From Camelus ferus (lineage: Eukaryota): a stretch of DNA of 64,000 nt. Under the pieces are notes generated by a model, which was not told where the DNA came from, made no database searches, and saw only the letters and a program-made list of their open reading frames with translations. The stretch is taken from contig NC_045696.1 of assembly GCF_009834535.1 (NCBI RefSeq), forward strand, positions 114,082,001-114,146,000, written 5' to 3'. This document shows, piece by piece, positions 51,110 through 64,000 of the stretch (position 1 is the stretch's first letter; each line of letters starts with the position of its first letter). Both the position numbers and the translations under genes were made by a program.

Positions 51110-51292
51110 TATAGGCCAAATTTCAGCCCAATCAGAATCACCCAGGGGCCTTGTTAATACGGTGTTGCTGGGCCCTGCCTGTGGAGTTCCTGATTCAGTA
51201 GGCCTAGGCCAGGGTCAAGACTGTGCATTTCTAACAACTTCCCAGGTGATGTGGATGCTACAGATCCCAGCAAAGCACTCTGAGAAGCCCTG
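51110..51292. mobile_element. MER5A MITE
   Basis: 'atcagaatcacccaggggccttgttaa...ctgattcagtaggcctagg...tgcatttctaacaacttcccaggtgatg'. Confidence 0.8.
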
Positions 51293-51499
51293 CTCAGTCC
51301 CAAGGGTGTTCTCAAGGACGCTGCCCTACGGCGGAGCAGCTGAGACCTCCAGAAGAGGTGGCCGATTCTCTCTCCTCTAGTCAAGCTGACTGGCCCTCAA
51401 GTGCAGAGCACCAGAAAGCGATTGCCAACCCGGCTCTGCGGAGCTGCAGCTCTATGCCCTTTCTTGTCTAGATCTATTGCTTCCTAGGAGAGGCAGGGA

Positions 51500-52263
51500 A
51501 AAAGTAGACAGCTGCTTACTCGTTTGGAGGAGCTGGGATGAGCATGAGAAGACTGGTGAGTCAGCCTGGTTAGGGGAAGGTGACAGCTTGGTGGTCACTG
51601 GGATGTCTAGGAGTCACCCTGGGCACACTGCAGAGCTGAGCAATGCCCAGGGGATAGCTCTAGGGGTCCCTCCTTGGGGCTAAGCTTGCTAATACTCTTC
51701 CTCTCTTGGCTGAATTAGCTAAGGTGACGGACAGAAAATAGGCAGTGAGCCAGCCTTCCCGCTGAGAAGGGTCGGAGCAGCTGGACCACACCCTTACGTC
51801 ATCCTTCCTCTCTTTTGCTGGCCCTCCCCTCCTCCGCTCCTGACACTGCTACCTCTAGATTCTCCTGGTTCCTCTGCTCCACCCCACATTCCTTGTGTCA
51901 CAGTCGCAGCTTCTCACTTTTGCGCTCCCCCTGCCCCACTCCTCTGCGCATGCGCTGTTCACTTCACCCAGCCCACTCAGTCACATTCCCCGTGACCTTC
52001 TGAAGCTGCTGCTTCGCTGCTTTCACTTGCATCTTCCTGTTTCCATTCCGAATTGTCCCAGGGGGAAGGCTTGCTTTTTTCCTTTTTTTTTTTTTCCCCC
52101 TGGAAGGCTGTTTTTGTCTAAATCTATTTTGGGAGACGGGCTCAACTCCTCTAGCAGTGAGGATGCCAAACGATGGCTTAGGACAGCTTCAGCCTCTCTG
52201 TAATTTCCATCAGCCTCCCAAAGCCACTCCACTTAAACATACAATTAAGTACAAAGAGTGAGT
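51500..52263 (+). promoter_or_regulatory. Candidate promoter and first exon (about 51979-52257)
   Basis: AP-1 TGAGTCA 51557-51563; KLF CCACACCC 51786-51793 abutting CRE-like TTACGTCA 51794-51801; NRF1 TGCGCATGCGC 51945-51955; Inr-like TCAGTC 51977-51982; donor AGA|gtgagt 52258; raised GC/CpG in unique DNA. Confidence 0.55.
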
Positions 52264-53786
52264 CTGCTAAGCAATAAAGTTGTAAGACAAATTCCACTGC
52301 CCCTACTTACAACCGATTGCATCCCTGCGTCCTTCCAGGGAGCTGCTACTGACCTGTCTGTGGTTCAGGGGTGTCCCCTCAGGCCCGTATGGGGGCCGAG
52401 ACTTCTGAGTGTCTAGATCTTGGATGCCCGGCTCACGTCCCAGGGACCGGGGCTCTGCAGCACAGTTGGTGAGGCCACTGGAAACATCCCACTGATTTCC
52501 GAGTCTCCTACAGCAAGCGTTTCCTCAACTTTACAGATGATGAGAATGACCTGAATGCCTATTAAAAAACAGACAATTTAGACGCCCCTCTTGTAATTTG
52601 GGTTCAAGAAGTCAACCAAAATGGGGTTGGGGCTCAGGAATCTTGCTTTTAACAAAGTATCCCAAGCGGAATTTTGAGACTATCCTAAAGCATTTAGGAT
52701 AGTGTCTGGTAAAATAACTGTACTCAGTAGATCTTTGCCAAATGGAATTTAACTTGCTTATTTCCATTTTGTTAACTTTGCTTTACCAATGACTTGAGCT
52801 TTTATATTTTCAATGATCCTTATACTACTACAACCCTTTCAAGCATGCTAGCCCTGCAAATTGTATCAATGTGAGCACTGAGCATTGGAATTCAATACTC
52901 ATTTTTTATGGTAGACTCCACTGGTAGGTTTCTATGTTGGCTGTACTCAAAGTCTTTACCATCGACTCTCAGACCACTTATTGCCTAACCTTGCTGGGGA
53001 AACTTTGTTTCATTGATATAAATGGAATATTTCATCGTTTACTGGTAATGAACAGGGTGTTTGCAATTTACCCTAGAAGCACATAATTTACTAAAATCAT
53101 CACACTAGATTTAACTTCCTAAATCATTTTTTGAAGCTAACTTGACATTAATACCAAAACCTGACAAAGATTCAAGACTCAAACATCATCAGCTCATTTC
53201 TCCCTTAGAAACAGATGCAGAATCTTCTTAAATAAGATTCTCACAAATAAAACACAGCACTATATTGAAAGTCATATATAATTAAGCAATAACTTCTAGA
53301 AATTCAGAAATGACTTGATAATGAGAAAGTATATCAATGTAATTAATCACATAAATAGTTGAAAGGAGAAAAAAGTCAGATGCTGAGATTTAATAAAAGG
53401 ATTTGATAAAAATCAACATCTATTTTTTTAACTCTTACCACACTTGTGATAAAAATCTACATTCTTATCAATATCTTGGAATGCTTCTTTCAGATAAACA
53501 GTGTATATGATGTTCAATGACTTCCACTGTAAGCATCCCTGTCAAAGTCAGAGTTAAAAGAAGGATTCTCACTGGCAGCTTTCCTAGACAAAGTTCTTCT
53601 GGAATGTTCAGCCAATGCCATTAGATTTGAAAAAGAAATAAGAAGCATAGGCCAGATTATCCTTTGATGGTGATGTGATTACTGACCCCAAAGAATCAAC
53701 AAATTTTTTTTAAATCATTAAAAGAATCAGAAAAAGATCAATAGCTTTTCTATCAATTGATAATAACCATACAGAAAATGTACTGT

Positions 53787-54041
53787 TGGGGAGTGGGGTG
53801 GGAAGGGACAGACTGGGAGTTCGAAATTTGTAGATACTGACAGGTACATATAGAATAGATAAACAAGATTATACTGGATAGCACAGGGAAATATATACAA
53901 GATCTTGTGGTAGCTCACAGAGAAAAAAATGTCTCTATGAATATATATATGTTCATGTATAACTGAAAAATTGTGCTCTACACTGGAAATTGACACAACA
54001 TTGTAAACTGACTATAACTCAATAAAATAAAATTTAAAAAA
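53787..54041 (+). mobile_element. Young L1 3'UTR fragment
   Basis: Perfect 14-bp TSD agaaaatgtactgt at 53773-53786 and 54042-54055; same 3'UTR type as the 9441 and 38613 copies. Confidence 0.93.
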
Positions 54042-54349
54042 AGAAAATGTACTGTAATGATTCCAATAACAAATGAGATATAAAATGCTTAGTTAAAAAC
54101 ATGATAAGAGGTGTATAAAACTCCTGTAAACTTCATTAAAGGAAAAGCTGAGTTGAAATATGAAAAAGTATATTATGGATTATGATCAAAAGACTTAAAA
54201 TTAGAATGTTAATTAGCCCCAAAATAATTTCTAAATTTGATGTAATCCTCCTGAAATATTATTGGCAGCTTTGGGGGAAATGAATTCATTAAAAAGTTTA
54301 CATGGAAAAATAAGTGGATACAGTATCCAAGAAATTATTGAGAAAGAAT

Positions 54350-54350
54350 A

Positions 54351-54392
<42 letters not shown>

Positions 54393-54411
54393 GAAAAGAG
54401 AGTGTGTGTGT
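54350..54411. repeat. Compound (TG)n(GA)n microsatellite
   Basis: Seen directly. Confidence 0.9.
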
Positions 54412-57400
54412 ACAGTGTGGGTATGAGAGCATGTCAGAGATACAATACTTAAAATAATAGGGTGCTAGATAAAACATATACGAACAGATGACCAGAACAA
54501 AGTAGAAAGGTTCAAATGGACCCAAGTCATGTAGATCATATAACATAATAGTGACATTCCAAATCTGTGGGGAGAAAGAAATGACTTGCAAACGGTGCTC
54601 TGTGAGGTCTTGCTGGCTGGTGCAGGATATCCCTTCCTTGTTCTCTGGTCCCTGCCTCTGGTTCAGTGGACACAGCTCCACTTTTACTTGTGATACGTAC
54701 AATGGCTTCTCATGTCAGATTTCATTTGGAGAAAGCATTCCACTGTTTCAAAAAGGAATTTTAAAAATCACAGACATAGAAGATACTTGGTCAAGTTTTT
54801 CATTTTATGGAAAGGAATACAGTTAAAATCTTCATTGCCAAAGGAAATTCCAGGTGGATTATGGACCAAATGTAAAAAATTAAACTCATGAAAGAACCAA
54901 AGAAGACAATGCAAGCAAGTTTTGATCTTGGGTTGGGAAAAACCATTCTAAGCTTTATAAACAAAGTAAAAGATTAGAAATTATCAGTATGTTTAACTAT
55001 CTAAAAATGAAAAGAATCTGTCTGTCAAAAAGCATCAGAAAGATAATTGAAATTCATGTGATAAACTGGATAAAAACATCTATATTATGTTATTGAAAAA
55101 GCTTAATAATCTAGATAGAACATTCCTATGTAAGGAAAAATTGAACAATCCAGTAGAGAAATGGACAGGCAATTTGCAAAACAAGAAATTCATATGACTG
55201 ATAAATATGAAGAAATAGCATGACTGGTAGTTAGAGAAATGAAAATACAAAAGGATATTATTTTCACTTTATCAATTTGAAGATAATTAGAAGTAATAAA
55301 GCCAATGTGATCTGTGGCACCAGGAAATAAACTCTCATTTATGGTGGTGGGGAGGGCAAGTATAAGTTGGTACAAAATTTTTGGAAAACAGTTTGGCAAC
55401 ATGAAGCAAAAAGCTTACATTTTTGTATCCTTTAATACAACAATGTTACTTTCAAGAATATGACTTAAGGAAATAGTTATGTTTGTGCACAAAGATAAAT
55501 GTAGAAGAAAATTTATTAAAGTAGAGTGCACAATAAGGACAAATTGGAAACAAACTATATATCCAACAATAGGGGATTAGTAAAATATATCATAGTTTAT
55601 TCTTATAATGAAATACTGTATAATGAACAGAAATAATGCTGTAAAAGACTATTCAATGACATGAAAATTTCACAATCTCTGTTTGAGGAAAAAGCAGTTT
55701 ACAAAAACATTAAGTATACTATGATTCCCCAAGTTTGAAAATGCTTTTACATATGAATAGAAAAAAATGTGTCCTCAGATGAATTTTGTCTAATTTTGAT
55801 GTTGGATTTTTTTAAAAAAAAATTCTTTTTGGTATTTTCTATGTTTTCCAAGATTTCTACCACAAACATTCGCTATAATGTTAATTATAAACAACAAACA
55901 ATTTTGGAAATTACTTAGATTTGTCAAATTTTTGCTTTTAATTAATCCCACCAGTGATTTTGGATTGAAATTCAATCTCTTGCCTTACTTCATTAATTTG
56001 TTGTGTTCTATCTTTACTGTCTCCATTTTCTTCACAAAGGGAAGATGGCATTTTAATTTTCTGAGACAAATGTGGAGCAAATCATTTATGTCTGTGTTTA
56101 CAACTTCGCATTATTGTATGCTTTGGGGAAAATTAAAAAAAAAAGTTTTTCATTGTTTTTATTAGCTCCATAATTACTTTCTGTAGTATTCTGCCATGAT
56201 AGCAGAAAACTTGCAAATGTAATTTAGAAATTCTCAAGCACAGCAGGAGTTCTACTGGAAAAGAGAACCTTAAATATGAAACTCAATGATCAAGAGAAAT
56301 TGGGCCTTGAAGGCTGTTTCTAAGCCCTGACATCTGGGGGAGAGCGGCTAATACACTGCATCTCTTTGAATCCCAGGTAGTTACAGTGAAAGATATTCAT
56401 TTAAAAAATTATTGCCTTATTATTGGGTATAGCTATTGCATTGATTTCCATGTTATTTTCTCTTCAGATAGTTGAGTTTTTCTCATTTCCTTTTGCAAAG
56501 TCTACCTGTTGCAACATCCCAGGGAACCCAAGAGGCAGCACAATTGATTAATCCTCTGCATTTGGGGGATTGACTTTGATCAAGGCAGGCACCTGAGTTA
56601 TGAACCTGTCCACACCAGTGGTTATATACAGTTGAGAGGTTGTGGAGCTCATGGATGCTCAGATCCCTTGTGCCCAAGTTCCTCTGCTTTCACCTTGTCC
56701 AGCCAACAGGAATGTGCTTCTTCCTTGATTCCTAACAGAAAATTATTGGGACTTAATCTTGCCCTAAATCCCACTGACAAATCTACGTTTGCTGAGTGGT
56801 GGATCTCCATACTCCCTGCTATTCGTTGGAATCTTTTTCCAAACCAGATGGACCACAGTTTCATGAGACTGTCATCCGTTGACTTTCCTGAGCTGCTGAT
56901 AAGTGAAAGTGCTAAGTAGGCTCCTTGGGTATCCATGCCAACCACATCAAATTCACTCTCTTCTTAAGAAATCTGTAGTGTGGACTGCTGACCGTCAGCT
57001 TCAGTGCTCACCCCAGGCTGAAGCAGTTCCCTAACCCTGCTTCTATTCGACTCAGGGAGCAACTCCTCCGTCCTCCCGCCACCCCTCCCCCCTGCCCTGC
57101 CAGCCTTTGTTTAGAGCTAATTCTGCCTGAGTTATGGCCCCATTGTTTTTTTTTTTTTTTCAGGAAATGGAAATGTTTAAAAAGGAGCAATTGCTAAAGC
57201 TTTAGATAGACATGTCTATCTTTTCCTTTGAAATAAATTATGTAGTATTTTGCTGTAAGTAAAACAGATTAAATAAATTTGAGTAGACTTTACCTTATTT
57301 GGAAAGGAGAGGCTCAAAGTGGGGATTCAGACTAACCTCATAATGCCTGAGAGAAATTAAAGTCTCACTATTTTAACTCCTTTGGAGAACACAGGGGAAA

Positions 57401-58994
57401 ATAGGTCATTTATAGACAATGTTACTTCATAAAATAGTATAATACTTAAATAACTGTTTTACATAAAGTCTGCACATTGTAATGGATGAATAAATAGATA
57501 ATCTCAGAGACATGTTTATTGTACAAATCTATCCTTATCTTTTATTTAGTCAGAGGCATTTACAACCCTAAGAAAAAAACTGCTAGCTTGAAACATTCAT
57601 AAAATAGCAAACAAATACCCTTGGGCAAAGAGTGTACCCACATAAATTGATTTCTAAATAAAGATTCAATTTAGATTTAAAAGTCTTGCATGCACCCAGA
57701 GGTATCTATTACATCTGTAATTTCCTTGTGGGGTTCCGGTGCCTGATTCTGCTGTCATCAACTTCTTAATAGTTGCCTTCACTTGGAGGAAGCAAAGCTT
57801 CCAATTAGCACAATTTTTTAATGAACATGTGTTGGAAATCATTGCCACCATGTATCACCTCGCTTACATTGATCTAGTCTTCTCTTTATCAGCCTTTTTG
57901 CTTTTACTGTTTGAGATCACCTAGTTAGCTTTCAGTTACGCTTCCGAGATCAAATTTAAAAATTGGAAAAGCTTTTTCTCCATTTATTGGGAAATATCAT
58001 GATAGCCTCGGATATGGGTTATATTAAAATTTAAAAATACACATTATTTTCAGTTTGGTAATTAAACTTCCTTACTGCTGAGGGTGCCGCTGATGCTAGG
58101 AGCATGCTCAGAAGGCAGCATCGGGAGACAGCATCTCAGCTTTGGCCTCTGATGTCTTGCCCTCTCGCTAGAGCCACTGAGATTGCAATGCACATGGTCG
58201 GCCTTCGGGGGCAGCAGTGCATGCATGTGGGGCCATGTTTCTTCCTCACCCCTCTGAATTCATCAGGAAGAATAATGACGTCCTCATGGGCATCTATGCC
58301 ATTTTTCCCCCTTTGACATCAGTCCTGGAGTAGTGGAACTAAATGTTTTTCTTACTTATAATCATGCATTTCCAATTTATTAACATAACCCAGAAGGGCA
58401 GCTGCCCTTCTGTCGACATGGCTGAGTCTAAGCCCTGTACAAACTTTTGGCCCCGCCTGGCCCCTTTGTTGACTCCCGCAGGACATGGAATCACACCAGG
58501 GATGTTCTGGGGCTTGGAATTTTGTGGAAGGCAGGCAGGGTTTCCCACAGAAGGGGTGTGACAGGGCATTTCACTTGGAAAGTTCTCATCACACTTTTCT
58601 CCTCCTGAGTCTTTCTCCTGTTGGCCTCATTTCAGGAGGGGTCCTTGCTGCCCTTTACCCATCTCAGCTACTCCTTTCCCTGTACCCTACTCTATCCATG
58701 TGTTTGTCACTCAGCAGACAGTGAAAATGAACTTGAAGGCAGGGATGTGTCCTTTGGATTTGTCTGTCCAGGCCTGGAAGAGTAACCAGTGCATCAGAGT
58801 GAGCTCTCAATAAATGTTTGAGGAATAAAGAACAGAACAAAAGGTACCACTAATTGTGAAGATTTATGCATTCTACTTTGCAAAGGAGTAGAGAGTTTCT
58901 TTTCTGGCTTTCTTTCCATGTTTATCCCTGTTGTTAACAGCAATTATGATAGCAAGGTGAAATGGAAAAGTAAAGCAATTAAAAATTTAAATAT

Positions 58995-59484
58995 CAACAA
59001 ATGATTGAGCTAAGATGTGGTATACATCTACAATGGAGTATTATTCAGCCATAAAAAGAATGAAATAATGCTATTTGAACAACATGGGTGGACCTAGAGA
59101 TTATACTAAGTGAAGTAAGTCAGACAGCGAAAGAAAGTCATATCATATGATATCACTTATGTGAGGAATCTAAAGAAAATGGTACAAATGAATTTATTTA
59201 CAAAACAGAGAGAGACTCACAGACATAGAAAACAAACTTACAGTTACCAAAGGGGGGAGGGGGAGAGGAATAAATTAGGAGTTTGGAATTAGCAGATATA
59301 AACTACTATATATAAAAGAGGTAAACAACAAGGTCCTAATGTATAGCACAGCAAACTGCATTCAATATCTTGTAATAACCTCTAATGAAAAAGAATATAT
59401 TTATATATGTATAACTAAGTCACTATGCTATACACGAGAAACTACACACAACATTGTCAATCAACTATGCTTCAATTTAAAAAA
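58995..59484 (+). mobile_element. 5'-truncated L1 (ORF2 end plus 3'UTR)
   Basis: 'aagatgtggtatacatctacaatggagtattattcagccataaaaagaatgaaataatg...cttcaatttaaaaaa'. Confidence 0.92.
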
Positions 59485-59567
59485 GATTTTAAATAGCAAA
59501 TCTTTTTGAAGGAGAGAATTTGTTCATGCATTCATTTAGTCAATAATTTTTGAGATTCTGTTATATG

Positions 59568-59893
59568 CTGGCAAAAACTCTCTTCTTGACCAAACTTTAG
59601 TTAGGCTCCTCCAAGCCCTCTTCTTGACTAATCTGTAATCTTGGTCCCCATCCTGTCTTTGGTCTTCCCAACCCAATCTTCGCACAGAATCCTGCTAAGT
59701 CATCCCCCCTACCCTTGATGTCTCCTCTTAGTAATTTTCCCCCACCTCAGCATGCTCCCAGACTATAAAACCCCCACTATCTTCGCTGTATTTGGAGTTA
59801 AGCTCCATGTCTCTCTTTTGCAATACCCTATTGCAGTAGTCCTGAATAAAAAGTCTTCCTTACTACTTTTAACAAATAATTTTTTCTTTAATA
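59568..59893 (+). mobile_element. ERV1-class solo LTR (MER31-like) inserted in an antisense L2
   Basis: 'ctctcttcttgaccaaactttagttaggctcct...gaatcctgctaagtca...ctataaaa...gcagtagtcctgaataaa'. Confidence 0.7.
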
Positions 59894-61589
59894 GTATCAG
59901 GCACAAAACAAATAAGTTACTAGTTTCATGGAGCCTAAATTCTAGCTTGGTGTAGAGAGAAAATAAACAAAAAAAAAACCCAAACCCAAAAAACTACATA
60001 AAAACAAACAAACATTAAAAAAAACCCCAAATATGTTAAGTCTTCCCCTTATGTAGGGAGTGGGCTTCTTTAGATTGGGTGATCACAGAAGACCACTTTA
60101 AGCTGAGAGCTGGAATACAAAAACATCATGCTGGGATGGGGGACAGGGCACTACAGGCACAGGGCGAGGCTGGTGCAACAACCTGGAAGCTGGACCAAGT
60201 GGAGGGAGTCCTAGGAACATTCTGGAACCCAGTGGGTGACAAGGAGAGTGGCACAAAGATGAGGCCAAGAAGTGAACCAAAGCCAAGCTGTGATGGGCGT
60301 TTAAAGCTGGGGGAAGAGTTTGGAGTTTATTTCTTGTAAAAGTATAAAATGTTTGGATGTTGTCTGATTTTTTCACAATTCATTACTGTTGTTGGCAGGT
60401 CTGAGAAATTGTCAAACAACTTCCTATTCTTACTTTTACTGAAGCTTCTCTCTTTCTGGATTTATTATTTTGCATAAGATGACTGAAAAGTCAAGAATTC
60501 TTGCTCAAGGATATCACTATTGTCTTTGTTTCCTTTAATGCTCTGAGGTAAAGCAAAAAAAAAAAAATTCCTAGAAAATAGCCATTATGCAGTATGTGCT
60601 TCATTGCTTTTAATTATTTCTTATACCATCAGCTCCTCTCTGGGGCCCCTTACCTCCTGGAGGGCCTTTCATAATATAAAAGAAAAGATAGTCTGCTTAA
60701 TTGTTTTCTTTTTGCTTGGATAGTCCTTATTGATATGAGAAAATGTTGACTGTTTTAAGTCATCTTCACAAAGCTCCCCAGCCTGGTCATTTAAGAAATT
60801 GAGTTTATAAGTCATTTTCTCACACTCTTAATTCTTCCTAATTGTTGTTCTAAAAGATTGTCTGCTTACTGTGTTCTTTTTCGAAGAATCTACATATTTA
60901 AGTTTGTGATGAAATCATCATTTGATGCTTAGTATTACAACCAAACTTTTTCAGAACCCTTGTGTTAGACATTTTACTTGAAGGGTTTACTGTTATATTA
61001 TGTTTTTTGTGAAACACTGTGATTCTAACAGCTGTATTCTGTTTGAATCACAGATGGTTACGTGTTTGCTTAGCTTTATAAGAATCAGCCAAACAACTCT
61101 CCAAAGCAGGACCATGTTTTCCTTCCGTCTGCCAAATCTGAAAGTTCTAGTAACTCCACATCCTTTTTTAGGACAGGTTATAGAGCTCCTAGGCATTGTG
61201 CTTTAGGCAAGGTGGTTTCTGCAATCTTCAATGTGTTGACTCATAAGACTCTCAGTGGTCCTAAGTTCTTTTAAAAAATCATTCTTCAGTTCTACTCTTT
61301 CAAATAACGTAGTTAGATAAGTTGAGAATGGACTTAGGTCTAATCCTGTATGAAGTGCTGGAAAAGGGACAAAGAAATGCTGTCTCTCTGTGGTCCAGCA
61401 ATATCTTGATGACTCCTTCCAGATTAGAGGGGGAGAATCAAATTCATGTCTGATTTACTGTGATTTTTTTCTCTGGCATTCTACCATGCATAGGAATGAG
61501 GTTGGGAGGTTAGAAGTAATACTATTAAGAACCACAATAAATGCCAAGCTTTAGTCATCATTGCCTTCAGGGCTAGAAGTACTCGGGGA

Positions 61590-61735
61590 GATTGATTTAA
61601 ATCACTTGCTTTTACAGATGGGGAAACTAAAGCCCAAAACAGAAAATAACTTGTCAAGGTTATTCATCTCGTTGGTTAACTCAGCCAAGGCTAAAACTCA
61701 AATCCTGACCCATCTGTTTAGTGCTGGTTTTGATT
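61590..61735 (-). mobile_element. MIR SINE
   Basis: 'ttttacagatggggaaactaaagccca...aacttgtcaaggt'. Confidence 0.65.
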
Positions 61736-62883
61736 CTGCTTAAGAATATCCATTATCAGTTCTCTGAAGAAGCCTGGATATCTTCTTCATAGTTCTTTGT
61801 GAAAAACGTGTTTTTGTTCAGTGTTACACATGGTGATAGGTATAAATTGCTCAAATAGATTCTTTAAAACTGTTGTAAAATAAAAAGACACTTGTAAAAT
61901 AGTTTCATGAAGTAATTGGTTCTGAAAGGTTTTGAATTCTTTTTTCTCCTCTTCAAACTGTATGATGTTATTATGCAGTTGCCATGGGAGAGCATATGTT
62001 AGCTGCCAAAAACCTAAAACAGATCTTGGATGTTAAACAGGTAAAATTAAGTCATAGTGTTCGATTCTTGTAGAGAAAAATATAATGTCTGTTTGAAGCA
62101 CCATCTATGTGCTGGAAAACTCCTACTTCCGTTTTTTCCATGCATCTGGGAAATTTAGACGCCTTTATTGGCCTATTCAGACGAAGGAGTAGTTTTCCAA
62201 TGTCCACATTTCTTGGAGTCCTAAAAGTGGCTCTTCCAAGAAAAGTTAAAAAGCAATCCTTCAGGCTAGAACTTTTCAATGTTTACTTTCATATCAAGAA
62301 AGCCATTTGTGGTCTCTGAATAAACAAATGCCATTTGAATTTTATCACACTGTTGAGTGTGTGGCTCAAATGTACTATAACCACAGAATTAGGAAGTGGA
62401 TTGGAAGTAAGTTTTTTTCAAGAGCTCATGTGCTTTGAAATAAAACCAATAAGTACCTTAATGTTCCAAGAAGTTTTCAAATCTTATTTAGAACAGTTCC
62501 AGAAATTAAAACCATAAACCATTATCCTGTGTAGCATGATGTCTTGCATAATTTTACTTAGATTAACTATCCATTCAACCACATTCAACTATCTGGATCT
62601 TTGGCCTTTTCAGAACAAATTAGAGAGGGAAACTAGGTTTCCCTGCAGGAATCTCCTATAGTTCCATCAGGGCAGAGTGCCTTTGCTCCAAAGGGATGAC
62701 ATGTTAGACTTCACCATGATAATGCACATTCCTCTCCCATGCTGAAGAAGAGGTGAACCAAAAAATTAAAGGAACCAATAAATTAAATTGAATTTTACTT
62801 TACATGAATAAAAGTACCTTAAGAACTAAGTCGATTAAGATTATTATAAATCGGGTGCATGTTTTCTCCAGGTCAGTCAGGAT

Positions 62884-63092
62884 CAGGGGTCAATAAACCT
62901 TTTCTGGAAATGACCAGATAGTAAATACTTCTGGCTCTGCTGGCCATGTGGTCTCTGTCATAAGTACTCATCTCAGTTGTTGTGGAAAAGCAGTCAGACA
63001 ATATGTAAACAAATAGTTATGGCTGGGTTCCAATGAAACACTGTTTACAGTAATGGGTGGCACACCTACAGGCTGCAGCTTGCTGACCCCTG
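62884..63092. mobile_element. MER58A hAT MITE
   Basis: Terminal inverted repeats caggggtca / tgacccctg; 'ccagatagtaaata...gacaatatgtaaacaaat'. Confidence 0.85.
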
Positions 63093-63919
63093 ATCAAGCT
63101 GTCTAAGATTGTGCTGTAAATGGGAGCAGGTTATGAATGAAGGACACAAGCCTCAGAAGTCCTTTTGGCTTTTATTTGTGTATTTTTCTGCCTTTGTCCA
63201 CGGAGTCAAGGTATTTCTACTTCATATTCTTACATAGTGATAGTGTTATAAAAGGCTCTATCATGTTTATGAAGGAAAGCATGGAACTTGAAAGGCAGCC
63301 CACTCCCGTCTACGCTATGTTCTTTAAAGCTTAGCATACCACCTAAGATTAATAAATGCTAAATAATCATCATTTTTCATTTCACTGCCAAACCTTTTAT
63401 GGAGTCTCGTTTGGCACCCTCAGAGGCATTAACCTGTAGGTTTTACAGTATTCTATTACACACTGTCAGCAGCACCTTGCTGATTAAATCACACTCGGAG
63501 AGAGAGTTAACTGCAAGGCTGTAAGTATTCCTGACAGCTTGTTCTTGCACAGGTTTGGTTTCTTTTGTATTAAGATAAAAAAATCTTGTCACAGCTGGTA
63601 AAAAATGAAGGACACGTAAAACCACTGAACATACACAACTCACAAAAGGCACTTCTCTAAGATCAGAATTCAGATGAGGGGGACAGATTATCTGAAGTAG
63701 GATATGTTTGGGCAGTGATGATCACATATTTCATAGTACTGGGCGGAGTGATGGCAAATCCTTCTGTTGGTGTTTGTTCAGGGGGAGTGTCTTCTACTAC
63801 GCATAAAGCTTTCTTTCATGATTAACTCTAGAATTTCATGTTTATAACTTCATTGGACAGATCCAAGCTAGTAGTCTGATTTTTTGTATTTGTTCTAAAG
63901 ATGAGATTTTTTCATCAAG

Positions 63920-64000
63920 CACCTAATTTTTCTTTTCCACTGTCCTTAGTGCAATGGTTATAAAATTGTCTTTTTGCTCTCCTTCCAGGTTCCTTGCTTA
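63920..64000 (+). other. Candidate splice acceptor(s); exon would run off the window edge
   Basis: 'ttgtctttttgctctccttccAG|gttccttgctta' (AG 63987-63988); second acceptor 'cctaatttttcttttccactgtccttAG' at 63948-63949. Confidence 0.45.

Larger units (their letters stand above)
53130..55760 (+). mobile_element. Highly diverged L1ME-type ORF2 and 3' end
   Basis: 'taataccaaaacctgacaaaga', 'atttgataaaaatcaacatc', 'aaattccaggtggatta', 'ttttggaaaacagtttggcaa'. Confidence 0.75.

Noticed and set aside
62060..62212. H/ACA snoRNA ending at 'ccACAttt'
   Set aside because: No convincing two-hairpin layout with a hinge H box at proper spacing
63449..63520. 72-nt exon ending at GCT|gtaagt
   Set aside because: Good donor but weak acceptor tract and no other support
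581..63652. The many 60-150 aa ORFs of the six-frame track as cellular genes
   Set aside because: No recognisable domains. Many use non-ATG starts, overlap repeats or microsatellites, and have low-complexity composition. Only L1 ORF1p/ORF2p homology is real.
30800..64000. Naming the host gene
   Set aside because: I do not recognise any candidate exon or peptide well enough to assign a symbol

Overview
Repeat-rich mammalian genomic DNA, probably camelid. This is inferred from four ~120-bp tRNA-derived SINEs with the 'ggggagggtatagctcag...aaacctaattacctcccc' structure and from the L1 3'UTRs. I recognise no intact cellular protein-coding gene. Nearly all tracked ORFs are chance ORFs or repeat-derived, and the only real protein homologies are LINE-1 ORF1p and ORF2p C-terminal remnants. 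The window reads as intergenic or 5'-intronic sequence. It has two plausible + strand promoter/first-exon regions (~30.8-31.25 kb and ~51.5-52.26 kb), a candidate internal exon (34229-34360) and a strong splice acceptor at the right edge, all belonging to a gene I cannot name. The best-supported unusual structure is one 3.57-kb insertion (38130-41701, minus strand) bounded by a 15-bp target-site duplication (TSD). It contains a full-length L1 5'UTR and ORF1 joined to the last ~370 nt of ORF2 (half-L1-like), then a poly(A), a ~450-bp transduced LTR fragment and a second poly(A). Repeat subfamily names were assigned by eye from memory of consensus sequences and need RepeatMasker/Dfam confirmation. 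Boundaries of old repeats are approximate. I found no convincing wholly new multi-gene system.
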